Below, piece by piece: positions 62,267-63,047 of a stretch of DNA of 63,047 bases (position 1 is its first letter; each line of letters opens with the position of its first letter). The notes under the pieces are model-generated. The model searched no databases. It was not told the DNA's origin and was given only the letters and a program-made list of their open reading frames with translations. This DNA comes from Candidatus Methylomirabilota bacterium (lineage in GTDB: Bacteria; Chloroflexota; Limnocylindria; QHBO01), in contig DATJIJ010000110.1 of the NCBI GenBank assembly GCA_035493355.1, positions 1-63,047 on the forward strand, written 5' to 3'. The position numbers and the translations under genes were made by a program.

Positions 62267-62868
62267 GCCTCCTCCGAGCCCGTGGAGGGCGGCATCTCGT
62301 CGCCGCAGGCGGGGCACGGCCCGCTGAACGGGGTCCCATCGGGTGCGTCACGCAGCGGCTCACCGCAGGGGCAGGCGCTCCCCACGCGCCGAGCCGGGTT
62401 CCCAACCACCAGCTCGTAGTCCGCCACGTCGCGGGTCACGACACTGCCTGAGCCGACCATCGCCCACCGGCCGATCTTCACGCCCGGCAGGATGGTGCTG
62501 TTCGCACCAAGGGCCGCGCCGTATCGGACGAGGGACCTGCTCACGACCCAGTCGGCATCGGTCTTCAGGCTCCCGTCGCGATTGATCGCGCGGGGCTGCT
62601 TGTCGTTGGTGAAGCAGACGTGCGGGCCGATGAAGACGCCGTCCTCCACGGTCACGCCGTGATAGACGCTCACGTTGTTCTGCACCTTCACCCGGTTGCC
62701 GATCACCACCCCGGCATCGACGTAGACGTTCTTGCCGATGATGCAGTCGGAGCCGATGCGTGCCTCCTCGCGCACCTGGGTCTGGTTCCAGATGCTCGTG
62801 CCGGGACCGATGACCGCGCTCGCGGCCACGTCCGCGGTGGGATGGATGCGCACCGCTTGCTCGTTCAC
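62263..62868 (-). CDS. hexapeptide-repeat N-acetyltransferase (WbpD/WlbB-like) with C-terminal Cys4 tail
   Basis: GTG start (GTGA overlap with the rdgB stop). Motifs: [62 protein letters not shown] ... [10 protein letters not shown]. The tail is CPCGEPL...CPACGD. Confidence 0.8.
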   Translation of the reverse strand: MNEQAVRIHPTADVAASAVIGPGTSIWNQTQVREEARIGSDCIIGKNVYVDAGVVIGNRVKVQNNVSVYHGVTVEDGVFIGPHVCFTNDKQPRAINRDGSLKTDADWVVSRSLVRYGAALGANSTILPGVKIGRWAMVGSGSVVTRDVADYELVVGNPARRVGSACPCGEPLRDAPDGTPFSGPCPACGDEMPPSTGSEEA

Positions 62869-63047
62869 GCAGGCTCCTCGGGGGACTGCATTGTATCGAC
62901 GGCATGCTGGCCCACCAGCTCGCGCAGGCGCGGCATGGCGGCTGCGACGGCTCGCCCGCGGTGCGAGATGCGGTCCTTCTCGCCCTCCGGAAGCTCGGCG
63001 GTGGTGCGGCCGCCGGCGAGCAGGAAGATCGGGTCGTAGCCGAATCC
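62865..63047 (-). CDS. rdgB: non-canonical purine NTP pyrophosphatase (RdgB/HAM1), C-terminal fragment
   Basis: The minus-strand frame is open from the window end: [44 protein letters not shown]...EEPA*. The GFGYDPIF ... EKN/D.ISHRG.A motif is the RdgB C-terminus. Confidence 0.8.
   Translation of the reverse strand, partial: GFGYDPIFLLAGGRTTAELPEGEKDRISHRGRAVAAAMPRLRELVGQHAVDTMQSPEEPA

Noticed and set aside
1-63047. CRISPR arrays, toxin-antitoxin pairs, restriction-modification or other defence systems, IS elements
   Set aside because: There are no spaced direct-repeat arrays and no nuclease, methylase, ATPase or reverse-transcriptase signatures among the ORFs. The window is fully accounted for by envelope and housekeeping genes, with almost no unassigned space.

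Overview
This is a very G+C-rich (roughly 70 % by eye), very gene-dense bacterial chromosomal segment. I call 56 protein-coding regions, two of them cut by the window ends, plus one tRNA-Pro(UGG). I saw no rRNA, CRISPR array, transposase, integrase or recognisable defence system.

About three quarters of the window is a cell-envelope glycan super-locus in two parts. A housekeeping island at 38.8-43.8 kb separates them (glnA, a PucR-type regulator, a ResB-like protein and a Cys/Met PLP enzyme).

- **Part 1 (10-38.8 kb):** a Tat-secreted repeat protein, rmlC, GT2/GT4 transferases, a Wzy_C protein and a 960-aa secreted clan GH-A hydrolase. These are followed by a 12-gene translationally coupled operon: rmlA, rmlB, rmlD, class II aldolase, FGGY kinase, Fe-ADH, LicC/IPCT-like nucleotidyltransferase, two CDP-alcohol phosphotransferases, Wzx, GT4 and GT2. 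After that come a WbaP-type initiating transferase, an amino-sugar set (acetyltransferase, SDR, DegT), an orphan 443-aa protein and a second Wzx.
- **Part 2 (43.8-62.9 kb):** two LCP ligases, DUF3048, a GGDEF cyclase, a GT-B transferase, a second Wzy_C protein, a small PglC-type initiating transferase, tRNA-Pro, GT4, MazG, a triple-parvulin PPIase and Ppm1. It ends with a complete WbpA/B/E/I/D-type set for UDP-2,3-diacetamido-2,3-dideoxy-mannuronic acid.
- **5' end (0-10 kb):** SRPBCC, a GT-C protein, a class III cyclase, and a metE / MTHFR-like / serA / MBL / flavin-monooxygenase operon.

The best candidate for an undescribed system is the aldolase / kinase / Fe-ADH / cytidylyltransferase-like / 2x CDP-alcohol-phosphotransferase block at 23.0-29.0 kb. 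It is hard-wired into the rml-Wzx operon. Both of its transferases share an unusual D-to-H change in the last position of the family signature.

Many ORF-track entries are over-extended at the 5' end or are antisense shadow ORFs, as expected for high-GC DNA. I trimmed starts mainly using 4-nt GTGA/ATGA stop-start overlaps. All functional calls rest on motifs and architecture recognised from memory. No searches were run.
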